DNA from: Promethearchaeota archaeon
GTDB lineage: Archaea > Asgardarchaeota > Lokiarchaeia > Sigyniarchaeales > SOKP01
DNA length: 64,000 bases
Direction: 5' to 3'
Assembly: GCA_048937405.1 (NCBI GenBank)
Contig: JBHLNF010000007.1
Location: 121,336-185,335 of the forward strand
Both the position numbers and the translations under genes were made by a program. Under the pieces are notes generated by a model, which was not told where the DNA came from, made no database searches, and saw nothing but the letters and a program-made list of their open reading frames with translations. This document shows, piece after piece, positions 10,387 to 20,980 of this stretch (within the stretch, counting starts at the first letter, position 1; every line of letters starts with the position of its first letter).

Positions 10387-10546
10387 AAGAAAACAATATA
10401 GTGCTGCTATGAATTAGAACTTAAATATACTAATGAGTTTTAAGAAAAATAGTTTTCTCAAAATCTTTTTTTCTGAAAAGATTTATATTACAAAATTTTT
10501 ATCTTTCAATAAATCAAATACAGATTTTTGCGAAAGATGGAATATT

Positions 10547-10918
10547 ATGGAAGAACAAAGATTTAATCAATTGATCAATGCCTTAAACGAATATGAAGGT
10601 GTGGAAGATGTTTTCTTATTAAATAACCAAGGTGATATAATTTTTAAATCTGGAGATTTTCCTTTAACGCCTGAGGAAGCTAAAACAATACTCAATTCAT
10701 GGAAATCTAAAGAACCTTCTCTAACATTTCAGGGATATCGGTTTGCAATTTTAAAAAATGATGATATTCAATTAGCTGCTAAAAATATTGGTGCGGGAAA
10801 AGGAAATATTGTTGGTTCAATTACCAAAGAAGGAGATTACCTAGTAGCTCATACTAGAGATGAAGGAATGATATTATTAGAATGGTCAATTTTCATTAAT
10901 AAAGTTGCATGGTCCTAA
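10547..10918 (+). CDS. Profilin-like protein (Asgard eukaryotic signature protein)
   Basis: About 123 aa from MEEQ; F-P-LTPEE..I...W, LTFQGYRFAIL, GKGNIVGSIT pattern of Asgard profilins; upstream ATG at 10433 is probably not the start. Confidence 0.7.
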   Translation: MEEQRFNQLINALNEYEGVEDVFLLNNQGDIIFKSGDFPLTPEEAKTILNSWKSKEPSLTFQGYRFAILKNDDIQLAAKNIGAGKGNIVGSITKEGDYLVAHTRDEGMILLEWSIFINKVAWS

Positions 10919-11111
10919 TTTGTCCTTAGAATACGATAAACAATACAAATTTTCTCTATATTGTATTTTCTATCATATATTATCCCTTTTTTAAAATATT
11001 TAAACAAAATATTTATTTTAGGATTTATTACTACTTTTTAACTAATGTAAAATAAAAATTAAAAAAATAATATAAATAGATAAATATTAAAAACTTTTAA
11101 GGTGCATCTAA

Positions 11112-11828
11112 GTGTTCCAACAAGCTGGAAGAGGCTATGATATGGCCATAACCCAATTCTCCCCTGAAGGTCGGCTTTTTCAAGTTGAATATGCAATTGA
11201 AGCCGTCCGACGAGGTACAACTGCAATTGTGTGTAGAAATAAGAATTCTGTTGTATTTGCAGTTGAAAAGAAAAGTTCAGAACTTCAAGATGATAGTACA
11301 GGTTCAGAAAAAATATTTAAAATAGATGATCATATTGGGGTGGCTATTGCGGGATTAACCGCAGATGCCCGAGTCTTAATCGATAGAGCCAGGGTTCAAG
11401 CCCAAGTAAATATATTAAATTATGATGAAAGAATCTCTGTTAAAGACAGTACACTAAATATATGTGAATACAAACAGGTCTTCACTCAAAATGCAGGGGT
11501 AAGACCATTTGGTGTATCATTTTTAATAGCAGGTATAGATTCTAATGGGCCTTCCTTATATTTAACAGACCCTTCTGGAGCGATGTGGTCATATTACTCG
11601 TTTGCTATCGGTTCAGGAGCAGCTGAAGCAAGGGCTTACCTTGAAGAGCATTACAATGAGGATATGAGTGATGAAGAATTAAAATTATTACCTTTAAGAA
11701 CGTTAAAAGAGGTAATGGGTGATAATTTAAATAAAAATACATATGATATAGCCTATATATTGAAAGAAGATAAAACGTTTAGGCTATTAAATTTAGATGA
11801 AAAGGAAGAATTGTTAACTAAAGTATAA
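11112..11828 (+). CDS. psmA: Proteasome subunit alpha
   Basis: GYDMAITQFSPEGRLFQVEYA, GVRPFGVS, TDPSGA. Confidence 0.98.
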   Translation: MFQQAGRGYDMAITQFSPEGRLFQVEYAIEAVRRGTTAIVCRNKNSVVFAVEKKSSELQDDSTGSEKIFKIDDHIGVAIAGLTADARVLIDRARVQAQVNILNYDERISVKDSTLNICEYKQVFTQNAGVRPFGVSFLIAGIDSNGPSLYLTDPSGAMWSYYSFAIGSGAAEARAYLEEHYNEDMSDEELKLLPLRTLKEVMGDNLNKNTYDIAYILKEDKTFRLLNLDEKEELLTKV

Positions 11829-11953
11829 TATCCTTAGGTTGTGAATATAAAGATAAAGGGAATCCCTTTCATATTTATCTTGTAACATAAGACAAAAGAA
11901 TTGGAAAACAATAAGTTGAGATAATTCAATCAGTTAATTTGTGACATAATTCT

Positions 11954-12745
11954 ATGATTGATAGGGCAAGGATTGATTTGGGAGGATATATTATTGGCCG
12001 TATTGAGAATTCAGGAAGAGCTTTTGAAATGCTAATGGATCCTGAGAAAGCTTGGGAGGCTAAAAAAATAATTCGTGAAGAAATCAATACTCGACTGAAA
12101 GAAGGAGAAGAAAAATCACGTCTCACCGTAGAAGATCTATTAAATGATAGGAAAATAGATTTAGAACTTATTTTTGAGAGCTTTACTGTATTTGAAGACT
12201 TACGCAGAGGAAAAAAAGCAACAGATGGAGATATGGAAGCAGTATTTAATACTACAGAGGGAATGACAATAGCTGCTCATATTCTATTAGACGGAGAAAT
12301 ACACTGGACAAAAGCTCAACGAGAGGAAGAAATGCAAAAAAAATTAAAACAAATAATAAATATTATAAGTAAAAATGCGATAAATCCTCAGAATAAAAAA
12401 CCTCATCCTTATCAACGAATAGAAAAAGCAATTGAAGAAGCAAATGTTAAAATTGATTTAATGAGAAATGCTGAAGAGCAAGTTGAAGATGTTGTTAAAA
12501 GTATTCGTGCAATTATTCCAATTAGAATAGAGCAAGTGGAGATGGCTATAAAGATTCCATCAGCATTTACAGCAAAAGGTTATAATATTGTAGCTCAATA
12601 TGTTCAAATTAAGAAAGAAGAATGGCAATCTGATGGATCCTGGGTTTCGGTAGTAAGTTTGCCTGCGGGATTGCAAATGGAACTGATTGATAAATTAAAT
12701 AAATTAACCCATGGAAGAGTTCAGACAAAAATCTTAAAGGCTTAG
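11954..12745 (+). CDS. sdo1: Ribosome maturation factor SBDS/Sdo1
   Basis: AINPQ..PHPYQRIEKAIEEA, EEWQSDGSW; conserved position after psmA. Confidence 0.95.
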   Translation: MIDRARIDLGGYIIGRIENSGRAFEMLMDPEKAWEAKKIIREEINTRLKEGEEKSRLTVEDLLNDRKIDLELIFESFTVFEDLRRGKKATDGDMEAVFNTTEGMTIAAHILLDGEIHWTKAQREEEMQKKLKQIINIISKNAINPQNKKPHPYQRIEKAIEEANVKIDLMRNAEEQVEDVVKSIRAIIPIRIEQVEMAIKIPSAFTAKGYNIVAQYVQIKKEEWQSDGSWVSVVSLPAGLQMELIDKLNKLTHGRVQTKILKA

Positions 12746-12823
12746 CCTAAAAATTTTTAATTTATTTTCGTTTGTATTATTTTTTTCATTAGGTTAGGAG
12801 AATAACAAAATTATAGAAAAAAT

Positions 12824-13627
12824 GTGAGTAGTATTATGGAAGAAGATGAAGAATCTATAGAAACTGTCGATGATGATTTTGAAGATTATGAAAATGATGA
12901 AGAAGATGTAAGAGATGTTGTAGTTCCTGGAGAAATTCTGACTGAAGATGTTAATAACTACATACCAGGAAGGGGAACAATATTAAATAAAGAAAAGAAT
13001 AAAATTATCTCTTTAAACATTGGTTTAAAACAAATAAAAAAGAATTATATAAATGTTATTCCTCTTCGGGGATTTTACACACCACGTCCAGGAGATAAGG
13101 TTATAGCTTTAGTAGTTGACAAGAACCCTGTTAAATATAAATGTGATATTAATGCAAAAGATTACGGTCAACTCAAGCCTAAGAATACAATGAAAAAAGG
13201 GAGAGCTAGAGGTTTTAAAGGAGGAGGTTCTTCTCATGAGGAAGTAACTACAGAAAAATTTGATATAGGAGATATATTAGTCGTAAAAATACTTTCTGCT
13301 GATCGTTTAAATAAACCTGAATTAACTACGGTTGGAAAATACTTAGGAAAAAAGGTAGGAGGAATAGTAATATCAATAGATCCACCTAAAATTCCAAGAG
13401 TAATTGGTAGAGACGGATCAATGATTAAAATGTTAAAAAATTTAACTAAATGTAATATATTTGTAACCCAAAACGGGCGTATTTGGCTGAAAGGTGAAAG
13501 TATTGCTCATGAAAGATTGCTTATTGAATCAATCAATAAAATTTCTTTGGAAGCTCACACTGTTGGGTTAACGGATAGAATGCAAGAGTATATTATAAAT
13601 GAAAAAAAGAAAAGAGGTATAGAATAG
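12824..13627 (+). CDS. rrp4: Exosome RNA-binding protein Rrp4
   Basis: VVVPGE, YTPRPGDKVI (S1), KIPRVIGRDGSMI (KH), GLTDR. Confidence 0.95.
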   Translation: MSSIMEEDEESIETVDDDFEDYENDEEDVRDVVVPGEILTEDVNNYIPGRGTILNKEKNKIISLNIGLKQIKKNYINVIPLRGFYTPRPGDKVIALVVDKNPVKYKCDINAKDYGQLKPKNTMKKGRARGFKGGGSSHEEVTTEKFDIGDILVVKILSADRLNKPELTTVGKYLGKKVGGIVISIDPPKIPRVIGRDGSMIKMLKNLTKCNIFVTQNGRIWLKGESIAHERLLIESINKISLEAHTVGLTDRMQEYIINEKKKRGIE

Positions 13628-14413
13628 ATGCCGTTAATAATTAAAGACGAGTATCCAGAGACTTTATTTCGTAAAGATGGAAAGAGACTTGATGGTAGAG
13701 AAGTTGATGAATTAAGACCCATTAAAATGGAAGTTGGAGTAATAAAGAATGCTGATGGATCAGCATATCTTGAATGGGGAAATAATAAGATTTTCGCAGC
13801 GGTTTATGGTCCTCGAGAAGTACATCCTCATCACCTAGCAAAACCAGATAAAGGCGTCTTAAGAGTGTTTTATAGAATGGCCACTTTTTCTGTTTTTGAT
13901 AGAAAAAGACCCGCTCCTGGACGCCGGGAAAAAGAAATTTCTATGATTGTTACTGATTGTATTGAACCTTTACTTTTTCTTGAACTTTATCCTGGAACAA
14001 GTTTTGAAGTTTTTATCGAAGTAATGGACGCTGATGGCGGTACAAGATGTGCAAGTACTACAGTGGCAGCATTAGCATTAGCCGATGCGGGAATACCTAT
14101 GAAAAGTCTAGTGTCAGCACTCGCAGTAGGAAAAATAGATGGAAAGAAAGTATTAGATCTTTCTGGTATTGAAGATAAAGCCGGAGATGCAGATTTACCA
14201 ATTGCAATAACTTGGTATAATGAGGAAATTTCATTATTACAATTTGATGGAGATATGGACTTGGAAGAGATGCATGAATTCTTGGATTTGGCACATAATG
14301 GATTGAAAAAAATTCACCAAATTCAATTAGAAGCTTTAAAAAGTAAATATATAAAATTACAAGAAGAAGTAATCATAACCCAAAAAAATAAAGATACTAA
14401 AGGTGATGACTAA
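13628..14413 (+). CDS. rrp41: Exosome complex exonuclease Rrp41
   Basis: RLDGR..DELRPI, ADGSAYLEWG, VYGPRE, ADGGTRCA. Confidence 0.97.
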   Translation: MPLIIKDEYPETLFRKDGKRLDGREVDELRPIKMEVGVIKNADGSAYLEWGNNKIFAAVYGPREVHPHHLAKPDKGVLRVFYRMATFSVFDRKRPAPGRREKEISMIVTDCIEPLLFLELYPGTSFEVFIEVMDADGGTRCASTTVAALALADAGIPMKSLVSALAVGKIDGKKVLDLSGIEDKAGDADLPIAITWYNEEISLLQFDGDMDLEEMHEFLDLAHNGLKKIHQIQLEALKSKYIKLQEEVIITQKNKDTKGDD

Positions 14414-14415
14414 AA

Positions 14416-15249
14416 GTGATGGATGTCAAGCGAATAATATCAAAAATCGAAAGAGATTATATAGTATCCAATTTGAAAAAAGAAGAAAGAATTGATGATA
14501 GAGGTCTTTGGGAATATCGTGATTTTCAGATTAAAAGCGATACTATAACATCAGCAGAAGGTTCAGCTGATGTATCTTTAGGAGATACAAGAATTATAAC
14601 TGGATTAAAATATGAAGTAGGTGAACCTTTTCCAGATTTGCCTGATGAAGGGGTTTGTACCATTATGGCAGAGTTATTACCAATCGCATCTCCACTCTTT
14701 GAAAGAGGACCTCCTGATGAACAATCAATAGAATTAGCAAGAGTAGTAGATCGTGGAATTCGTCATGCTGATTGTGTTCAAACAAAAAAACTATGTATTA
14801 AAGAAAAAGAAGCTGTTTATATTCTATTTGTTGATATGTATGTAATTAATTACGCCGGAAATTTAATTGATGCTGGTGGTGTTAGTGCATTAACTTCATT
14901 AATTTCAGCTCATATACCTGAAGGTATTTGGAATGAAGAAAAGAAAGAAACAGAATGGACGGGAAAATATCTAACTGGAAAAACTATTGTAAATGAATTA
15001 CCTTTTGTATTAACTTATGGTAAAATTGAAGATATTATCTTCTTAGACCCTAATCTACCAGAAGAATTAGTTTGTGATGGAAAAATTTCTATCTCGGTTA
15101 CAGAAGATAAAATTACTTCAATTCAAAAAAGTGGAGCTGCTACATTTACTATCGATGAAATCAAAATGCTAGGAAGTAAATCCTTAGAAATCGGCAAAAA
15201 TATGAGAAAAGAACTTAATCTTTTACAATATTTAAATGAAATTAAATAA
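14416..15249 (+). CDS. rrp42: Exosome complex component Rrp42
   Basis: AEGSA.V.LGDT, PFPDLPDEG, ELARVVDRGIR, GNLIDA. Confidence 0.97.
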   Translation: MMDVKRIISKIERDYIVSNLKKEERIDDRGLWEYRDFQIKSDTITSAEGSADVSLGDTRIITGLKYEVGEPFPDLPDEGVCTIMAELLPIASPLFERGPPDEQSIELARVVDRGIRHADCVQTKKLCIKEKEAVYILFVDMYVINYAGNLIDAGGVSALTSLISAHIPEGIWNEEKKETEWTGKYLTGKTIVNELPFVLTYGKIEDIIFLDPNLPEELVCDGKISISVTEDKITSIQKSGAATFTIDEIKMLGSKSLEIGKNMRKELNLLQYLNEIK

Positions 15250-15445
15250 TTTCATAAAAAAATTTTTTTCTTTCTTATTTTAACTTTTTAATTTTTGATA
15301 TAGTAACTATTTTTTTAAAGATAATTAAGAACATAATCTAAATTAAAAGATTAGTGTAGTAAAAGATTTTACTAAAATAGTAAAATTTATAGTTTATTCT
15401 ATTTTTTAATGTAATATCAATTATTTAATTCTAATTTTGATTAAA

Positions 15446-15733
15446 ATGGTAAAAACGAAGAAAGTTGGAATCACAGGGAAATATGGAGCTAGATATGGAA
15501 GTACTCTTCGGAAAAGAACACGATTAATTTTAGAAAAAGAAAAAGGAAATATTAAATGCCCTAGATGTATAACTAATGGTGCAGTCCATCGAATATCAAC
15601 TGGTATTTGGTATTGCAAAAAATGTAATGCTAAGTTTACTGGTGGTGCGTACTATATTGAAACACCAAGAGGAGCAGAATCTTTCAGAATTGCAAAACGA
15701 AAACAAAGAGAATTAGAAGTTATAGAAGAATAA
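15446..15733 (+). CDS. rpl37ae: 50S ribosomal protein L37Ae (eL43)
   Basis: TKKVGITGKYGARYGSTLRK, CPRC..GIWYCKKC..FTGGAY. Confidence 0.97.
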   Translation: MVKTKKVGITGKYGARYGSTLRKRTRLILEKEKGNIKCPRCITNGAVHRISTGIWYCKKCNAKFTGGAYYIETPRGAESFRIAKRKQRELEVIEE

Positions 15734-16008
15734 TGAGTGATAATTATACTTCTTTTTCAATAAAATCAATGATAGAATTCATATTTAAAAGTACTAAAAA
15801 ACGAGATATTTCATATAATTCATTTTTACCAGAGTTTAAAAAATTACAAACCAAACGATCTGAGGTTTCTGTGGAAAAAAAAAAAGATAATACGATAGTG
15901 TTTAATCTAATTTGCAATGATATAACAGCTTTTCGTGCTTCTATTAATGAGATTATTAGTTTTGGGAAAGTAATTGATGATACTATAAGAATAGTTGAAA
16001 ATTCATAG
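15733..16008 (+). CDS. pcc1: KEOPS complex subunit Pcc1
   Basis: PE...KRSEV, DITAFRASINE motif; conserved gene order. Confidence 0.85.
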   Translation: MSDNYTSFSIKSMIEFIFKSTKKRDISYNSFLPEFKKLQTKRSEVSVEKKKDNTIVFNLICNDITAFRASINEIISFGKVIDDTIRIVENS

Positions 16009-16077
16009 AAAAAAATATAATATTTTTAATATAAAGTTAAATTAAAAAAAAAATAAATCTAATTTAGTGAAATTTTA

Positions 16078-16431
16078 ATGACGATTAATTTAGACGACCT
16101 AAATGAGGAACAAAAAAAGAAAATTCTAAATTTCAATAATTTAAAACAATCACTTGAATTTATTACTTCTCAAAGAATACAATTTGAAACTACCCTTAGA
16201 GACACAGAACTTGCAATTGAAGAATTGGAAAAAATAAACCAAGAAGACGCAGTATACAAAGCAATAGGCGGGATTTTAGTTAAAAGTGAAAAAAACAAAT
16301 TATTGGATGAGAAAAAAAGTTTAAAAGTCACTTTAGAGATGAGATTAAAGACTTTAAAACAAAAAGAAGAACGAACGAAAAATCAACTTGAAACAATGAG
16401 TAAATCTCTTCAAGCGGACTTTCAAAAATAA
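16078..16431 (+). CDS. pfdB: Prefoldin beta subunit
   Basis: Coiled coil with VYKAIGGILVK hairpin. Confidence 0.92.
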   Translation: MTINLDDLNEEQKKKILNFNNLKQSLEFITSQRIQFETTLRDTELAIEELEKINQEDAVYKAIGGILVKSEKNKLLDEKKSLKVTLEMRLKTLKQKEERTKNQLETMSKSLQADFQK

Positions 16432-16447
16432 TATTTGAAGAAATTTT

Positions 16448-17461
16448 ATGTTAAAATCCAAATTTGATGATCTTTTAGTTTTTTTAGACAAAAAGAAAAT
16501 TCTAATTACCACACACAATTTAGTAGACATTGATGGTTTAGTCTCTTGTTTTACCTTAAAATTTTTTTTGATACAATATTTTAAAACTAATGAGATTTCA
16601 ATATATTTCTCGGATCTTTCAAAATCAACAAAAAATTTCATAAAGAACTATGCAGCAAAATTTCCTGAGTTCAATTTATCATATGAAAACTCTTTTTCTG
16701 CTTTCAAGGCTGAAATATTATTAATAGTAGATACAAATAATTTGGATCAAATAAAAATCAATGCTAATTCACATACAACACACCCAAATATTCCTTATAT
16801 CTTTATAGATCATCATTATTTAGGAGATAGAACAGAAAAAAAAAAATTAAATATCAAATCATTAAATATAATATTTACAAATTATTCTTCCACAGCAGAA
16901 ATAATATTAGATTTATTTGAATCATATAACACTCCATTAAATAATTCATTGAAAACTCTCTTTATTGCAGCTATTCTAATAGATTCAGGTTTCTTTAAAC
17001 ACGGTAATAATAATGCAATTCAAAATGTAGGAAAATTATTAAGTGAAGATATAAAATTTCAAGACATTCGTGCACTTCTTAAAAATGATATTGATATATC
17101 TGAAAAAATAGCTAAAATAAAAAGTTTACAACGGGTAGAATTAATTAGAGAAGGGCAATATTTAATTGGTATTACAAATATTAGCAGTTTTGGGGCAAGT
17201 GCAGCTTCAATGTTAATAAAAATTGGATTTGATGTTTCAATAGCTATATCAAAAGAAGATAATCTTTCTAGAATTAATGTTCGTGCTAGAAAAAAGGTTT
17301 GTGAAGAAACAGGATTAAATTTAGCAAAAATCTTGGAGGAAATTTCCGAACGATATGAAGGAAGCGGTGGTGGCCATGATGGAGCTGCCTCTTTAACTAT
17401 CAATAATAAATCTGATTATAATATTGCAGAACTCATTGAAAATATTAAAAAATATTTATAA
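16448..17461 (+). CDS. DHH/DHHA1 family phosphoesterase
   Basis: THNLVDIDG, IVDT, IDHH, GGGHDGAA. Confidence 0.92.
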   Translation: MLKSKFDDLLVFLDKKKILITTHNLVDIDGLVSCFTLKFFLIQYFKTNEISIYFSDLSKSTKNFIKNYAAKFPEFNLSYENSFSAFKAEILLIVDTNNLDQIKINANSHTTHPNIPYIFIDHHYLGDRTEKKKLNIKSLNIIFTNYSSTAEIILDLFESYNTPLNNSLKTLFIAAILIDSGFFKHGNNNAIQNVGKLLSEDIKFQDIRALLKNDIDISEKIAKIKSLQRVELIREGQYLIGITNISSFGASAASMLIKIGFDVSIAISKEDNLSRINVRARKKVCEETGLNLAKILEEISERYEGSGGGHDGAASLTINNKSDYNIAELIENIKKYL

Positions 17462-17523
17462 TCCAAGTTTTAAATAATTAAGAACTAATGAAGAACAACA
17501 CTTTCAGTTGATTAAATCCTATC

Positions 17524-18363
17524 ATGAAATATATCAAATTTGATAATTTCTACTACCGATATAAAGGAAATGAAGAATATGCTTTAAATAATATTAATTT
17601 AGATATTGAAGATAACGAGAATAAATTTATCCTGTTGAGTGGAGAAACGGGTTCTGGAAAAACAAGCCTAATTAGGTGTATGAATGGTTTGATCCCTCAG
17701 TTTTATACTGGTTTTTATAAGGGGAAAGTTATTATAAATGGTAATGATACAACCAAAACTCCAATAGCAGATTTAAGTACTAATGTAGGAATAGTTTTTC
17801 AGAATCCAGAAAATCAGCTAATAACTTTGAATGTTGAGCATGAAATTGCTTTTGGGTTAGAAAATTTAGGCTTTTCACCAAAAGAAATTTCAAGTCGAAT
17901 TGAAGAAAGTACATCATTAACGGAAATTGAACATTTACTAGATAAAGCTCCTTTTGAATTGAGTGGTGGTGAACAACAACGGGTTGCTATTGCATCTATT
18001 CTGGTATTAGAACCAAAAATATTAGTATTAGATGAACCTACTGCGTTATTGGATCCATATATGGCAAAAAAAATAATTAATTTACTGCAAGAGATAAAGG
18101 AGGAAAAAAAGATAACAATTCTGATAAGTGAACATCGTCTTGATTTAATTTTACCATTTACTGATCAGTTGATTTTAATGAAGAATGGTAAGGTGCTTGA
18201 ATATGGGTCATGTGAGAAAGTCATAAACGGTGAAACATTTCAACATTTAAAACTGAACAAACCTGTTCTTTACTTAATCTTTAATAAGCTTAAAAAAGAG
18301 AATCTATTTAATAAAAATATCCCTATTTCAATTCCAGAGGCAATAAAATCTTTAAAAATATAA
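17524..18363 (+). CDS. ecfA1: ECF transporter ATPase A
   Basis: GETGSGKT, FQNPENQ, LSGGEQQR, LDEPT. Confidence 0.93.
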   Translation: MKYIKFDNFYYRYKGNEEYALNNINLDIEDNENKFILLSGETGSGKTSLIRCMNGLIPQFYTGFYKGKVIINGNDTTKTPIADLSTNVGIVFQNPENQLITLNVEHEIAFGLENLGFSPKEISSRIEESTSLTEIEHLLDKAPFELSGGEQQRVAIASILVLEPKILVLDEPTALLDPYMAKKIINLLQEIKEEKKITILISEHRLDLILPFTDQLILMKNGKVLEYGSCEKVINGETFQHLKLNKPVLYLIFNKLKKENLFNKNIPISIPEAIKSLKI

Positions 18364-18378
18364 AAAAGAAACAAGAAA

Positions 18379-19242
18379 ATGATGCAAAAGGTTAAAGAAA
18401 TACCTATAGTAATCTTGAAAGAAATCGGATATTCTTATCCAAACGGAACAAAGGCTTTAACTAATATAAATTTGAATATTTTTAAAGGGGAATTAGTAGG
18501 AATAATGGGTAAAAATGGAGCGGGAAAGACTACTCTTATCAGAACCTTAAATGGATTAATACGACCAACAAATGGTACAATTTATATGGATAATGAAAAT
18601 ACTAGTTCTAAAAGCGTTGCAACCTTATCGAAAAAAGTTGGAATAATTTTTCAAAATCCTTTCCATCAATTATTTGCAAACTCTGTAGAGGAGGAAATTA
18701 AATTTTCACTAAAAAGCTATAATCTTCCTAAAGAAGAAATTCAAATTAAAGTAGATCAAATATTATCTGAATTTAATCTCGAAAAATATAGAAATCGCTC
18801 ACCACTTAATTTATCTGGAGGGGAGTCAAAAAAGCTAGCTATAGCTTCTATAATTTGTAGGGATCCTGAAATCTTGATTTTTGATGAGCCAACATTAGGT
18901 CAAGATGCTAAAGAGATTGAATTTTTTATAGATTTAATCGAGAAGGAAAGAAAAAATGGAAAAACAATAATAATAATTACTCATAATATAGAATTTGCTT
19001 ATGAGTTTATACCTCGATCGATATTAATGGCGGATGGACAGATAATTTGTGATGGACCAACCCAAAAATTATTGAATAATGAATTTCTCATAAAAAAATC
19101 ATCATTAATTTTACCGCAAATTCGTCAATTTGCTTTAGAATTACAAAAAAAGGGATTTCATGAAGTAGAAAATGTCCTTTCTAAAATTGAGATGATTAAT
19201 TACCTAAGAAATCTAATACAAAATAAATCTTCATATAATTAG
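18379..19242 (+). CDS. ecfA2: ECF transporter ATPase A'
   Basis: GKNGAGKT, FQNP, LSGGE, FDEPTLGQD. Confidence 0.93.
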   Translation: MMQKVKEIPIVILKEIGYSYPNGTKALTNINLNIFKGELVGIMGKNGAGKTTLIRTLNGLIRPTNGTIYMDNENTSSKSVATLSKKVGIIFQNPFHQLFANSVEEEIKFSLKSYNLPKEEIQIKVDQILSEFNLEKYRNRSPLNLSGGESKKLAIASIICRDPEILIFDEPTLGQDAKEIEFFIDLIEKERKNGKTIIIITHNIEFAYEFIPRSILMADGQIICDGPTQKLLNNEFLIKKSSLILPQIRQFALELQKKGFHEVENVLSKIEMINYLRNLIQNKSSYN

Positions 19243-19257
19243 GGAGGATACATTAAA

Positions 19258-20025
19258 ATGTCTTTAGAATTCCTTAATGCTTTTAAATTTATGAAAAAAA
19301 AATCAATTCTCCACAGAATGGATCCTAGAGTCAAATTGGTATTTTCGATTATATATACCATTATTGCTTTACTTTTTAACAAAATTATCCCTTTATTCTT
19401 CATTTTTTTAAGTATAATTCCTATAATTGTTTTAGGAAAATTGTTTAAACAGTGGATTAAAAGTATTCGAGGACTTTCCTTCTTAATTATATTCATTATT
19501 ATTTTAAATACCTTATTTGATTCCTTGTCTTTTGCTATTGCTATGGTTTTTAGAATTCTAATTATGGTATCTGCATATTCAATTTTCTTTTTAACAGTTG
19601 ATCCAAATGATTTAGCACTCTCTCTTATTTCTATGAAAATACCATATGAATTTGCATTTTCATTTTCATTAGCATTTAGGTTTGTCCCAACGATTGCGAC
19701 TGAAGCTCAAAATATATTAGATGCTCAACAAAGCAGAGGGTATGAAATGCAAGAAAAAGGACTTATAAGCCAAATTAAAAATCTTTTTCCCCTCTTAGTT
19801 CCATTAATAATATGTTCTATTAGGAGAGCTTTTAATGTTGCTGAAGCACTTGAATCAAGAGGATTTGGGAGTAGTAAAGAGCGTTCTTATTATTACACCA
19901 TTAAATATAGCTTAAAAGATTGGATTTTTACTTTTTATTTGTTATTTTTCTTAATATTTTCAATTTATATTAGAATACAAATTAATATTATGCCAGAATT
20001 CTTAACATGGAGTTTACCAGTGTGA
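19258..20025 (+). CDS. ecfT: ECF transporter transmembrane component T
   Basis: DPRVKL, AFRFVP, AQQSRG, ALESRGF. Confidence 0.93.
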   Translation: MSLEFLNAFKFMKKKSILHRMDPRVKLVFSIIYTIIALLFNKIIPLFFIFLSIIPIIVLGKLFKQWIKSIRGLSFLIIFIIILNTLFDSLSFAIAMVFRILIMVSAYSIFFLTVDPNDLALSLISMKIPYEFAFSFSLAFRFVPTIATEAQNILDAQQSRGYEMQEKGLISQIKNLFPLLVPLIICSIRRAFNVAEALESRGFGSSKERSYYYTIKYSLKDWIFTFYLLFFLIFSIYIRIQINIMPEFLTWSLPV

Positions 20026-20687
20026 TTATTAAAGATTTTGATATTACAGAGCTAAATTTGAAATACTTTGTGGGAATTAGTCAAATTAAAATGAATTTAG
20101 ATAAGTTTATGAATTTTTACAATATAATGGGTAAAAATGAAGCTTTAAATCAATTTTTAAATATAATGGATGAAGTTCAAAATGAATATGAAAATACAGT
20201 TGTCCAATTTATTATGGACAAGTATATATTAAATCAAGATCACATATTTATAGCATGTTACCACTTTCTTAAAGCATTTCAACTTAATTTTAATATTTCA
20301 AATAAAAAAAATATCGAATTCTTACTGTATATGGCCACTAATCGGCAAATTAATAAAAGTATAGAAGCTTTTGGTGTTAATTTTTCCCAATTAAATCATA
20401 ATAATCTTATTCTCTGTATAGTTTCTCCTATAAACAATTTAAAAATTATTTCAGAAAAATTACTATCGACTCTAAATGCTGAAAAAATGGAATTATCAAT
20501 TAATAAACAATCACATTCTAAGTTTAATATGATTAAGGAATTTTTCGAGATAAATAATAACCAAATTAATTCTGTTTTAAGATCTTATGGAATCGACATA
20601 AAAAAATCAGTAACTAATTTACCCAACTTATTTTCAGCCCTTTTTGATTTAATTTGTGAAAAAATGTCTATATTATTCCTACAATAA
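20007..20687 (+). CDS. cgi121: KEOPS complex subunit Cgi121 (start possibly GTG at 20022)
   Basis: EFLLYMATNRQINKSIEAFG motif, C-terminal ICEKMS. Confidence 0.85.
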   Translation: MEFTSVIIKDFDITELNLKYFVGISQIKMNLDKFMNFYNIMGKNEALNQFLNIMDEVQNEYENTVVQFIMDKYILNQDHIFIACYHFLKAFQLNFNISNKKNIEFLLYMATNRQINKSIEAFGVNFSQLNHNNLILCIVSPINNLKIISEKLLSTLNAEKMELSINKQSHSKFNMIKEFFEINNNQINSVLRSYGIDIKKSVTNLPNLFSALFDLICEKMSILFLQ

Positions 20688-20708
20688 ATCCTCTAAATAA
20701 TATAAAAA

Positions 20709-20924
20709 TTATCTAATAACATTGAAAGATATATAGATTATTATAAATATAATTAATGTTAATATCATGATACAATACAAATTTCGAGTTTTTTTAATGT
20801 CCTTCATTTTTTGAGAGTTTATCTCTGTTCCACACTTAGGACAATATTTCAAATCCGCTACTTCCCACCAACGACCATTAAATAAAAACTTTCCACAATT
20901 ATCACATCTACAATTCATATTCAT
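20709..20924 (-). CDS. Small zinc-ribbon protein with C-terminal TM helix
   Basis: CDNCG...CPKCG followed by a hydrophobic tail. Confidence 0.6.
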   Translation of the reverse strand: MNMNCRCDNCGKFLFNGRWWEVADLKYCPKCGTEINSQKMKDIKKTRNLYCIMILTLIIFIIIYISFNVIR

Positions 20925-20980
20925 GCACTTCTTTATTTCTTGATTTTCCGCGTATTTAATTTAAAATTAAAGAGTCTCTT

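Noticed and set aside
12070-12170. Extra segment in SBDS (and the Gly/Arg-rich insert in Rrp4) as hidden in-frame introns
   Set aside because: They read as ordinary protein sequence and no BHB was evident by eye; a computational scan would be needed to exclude them fully
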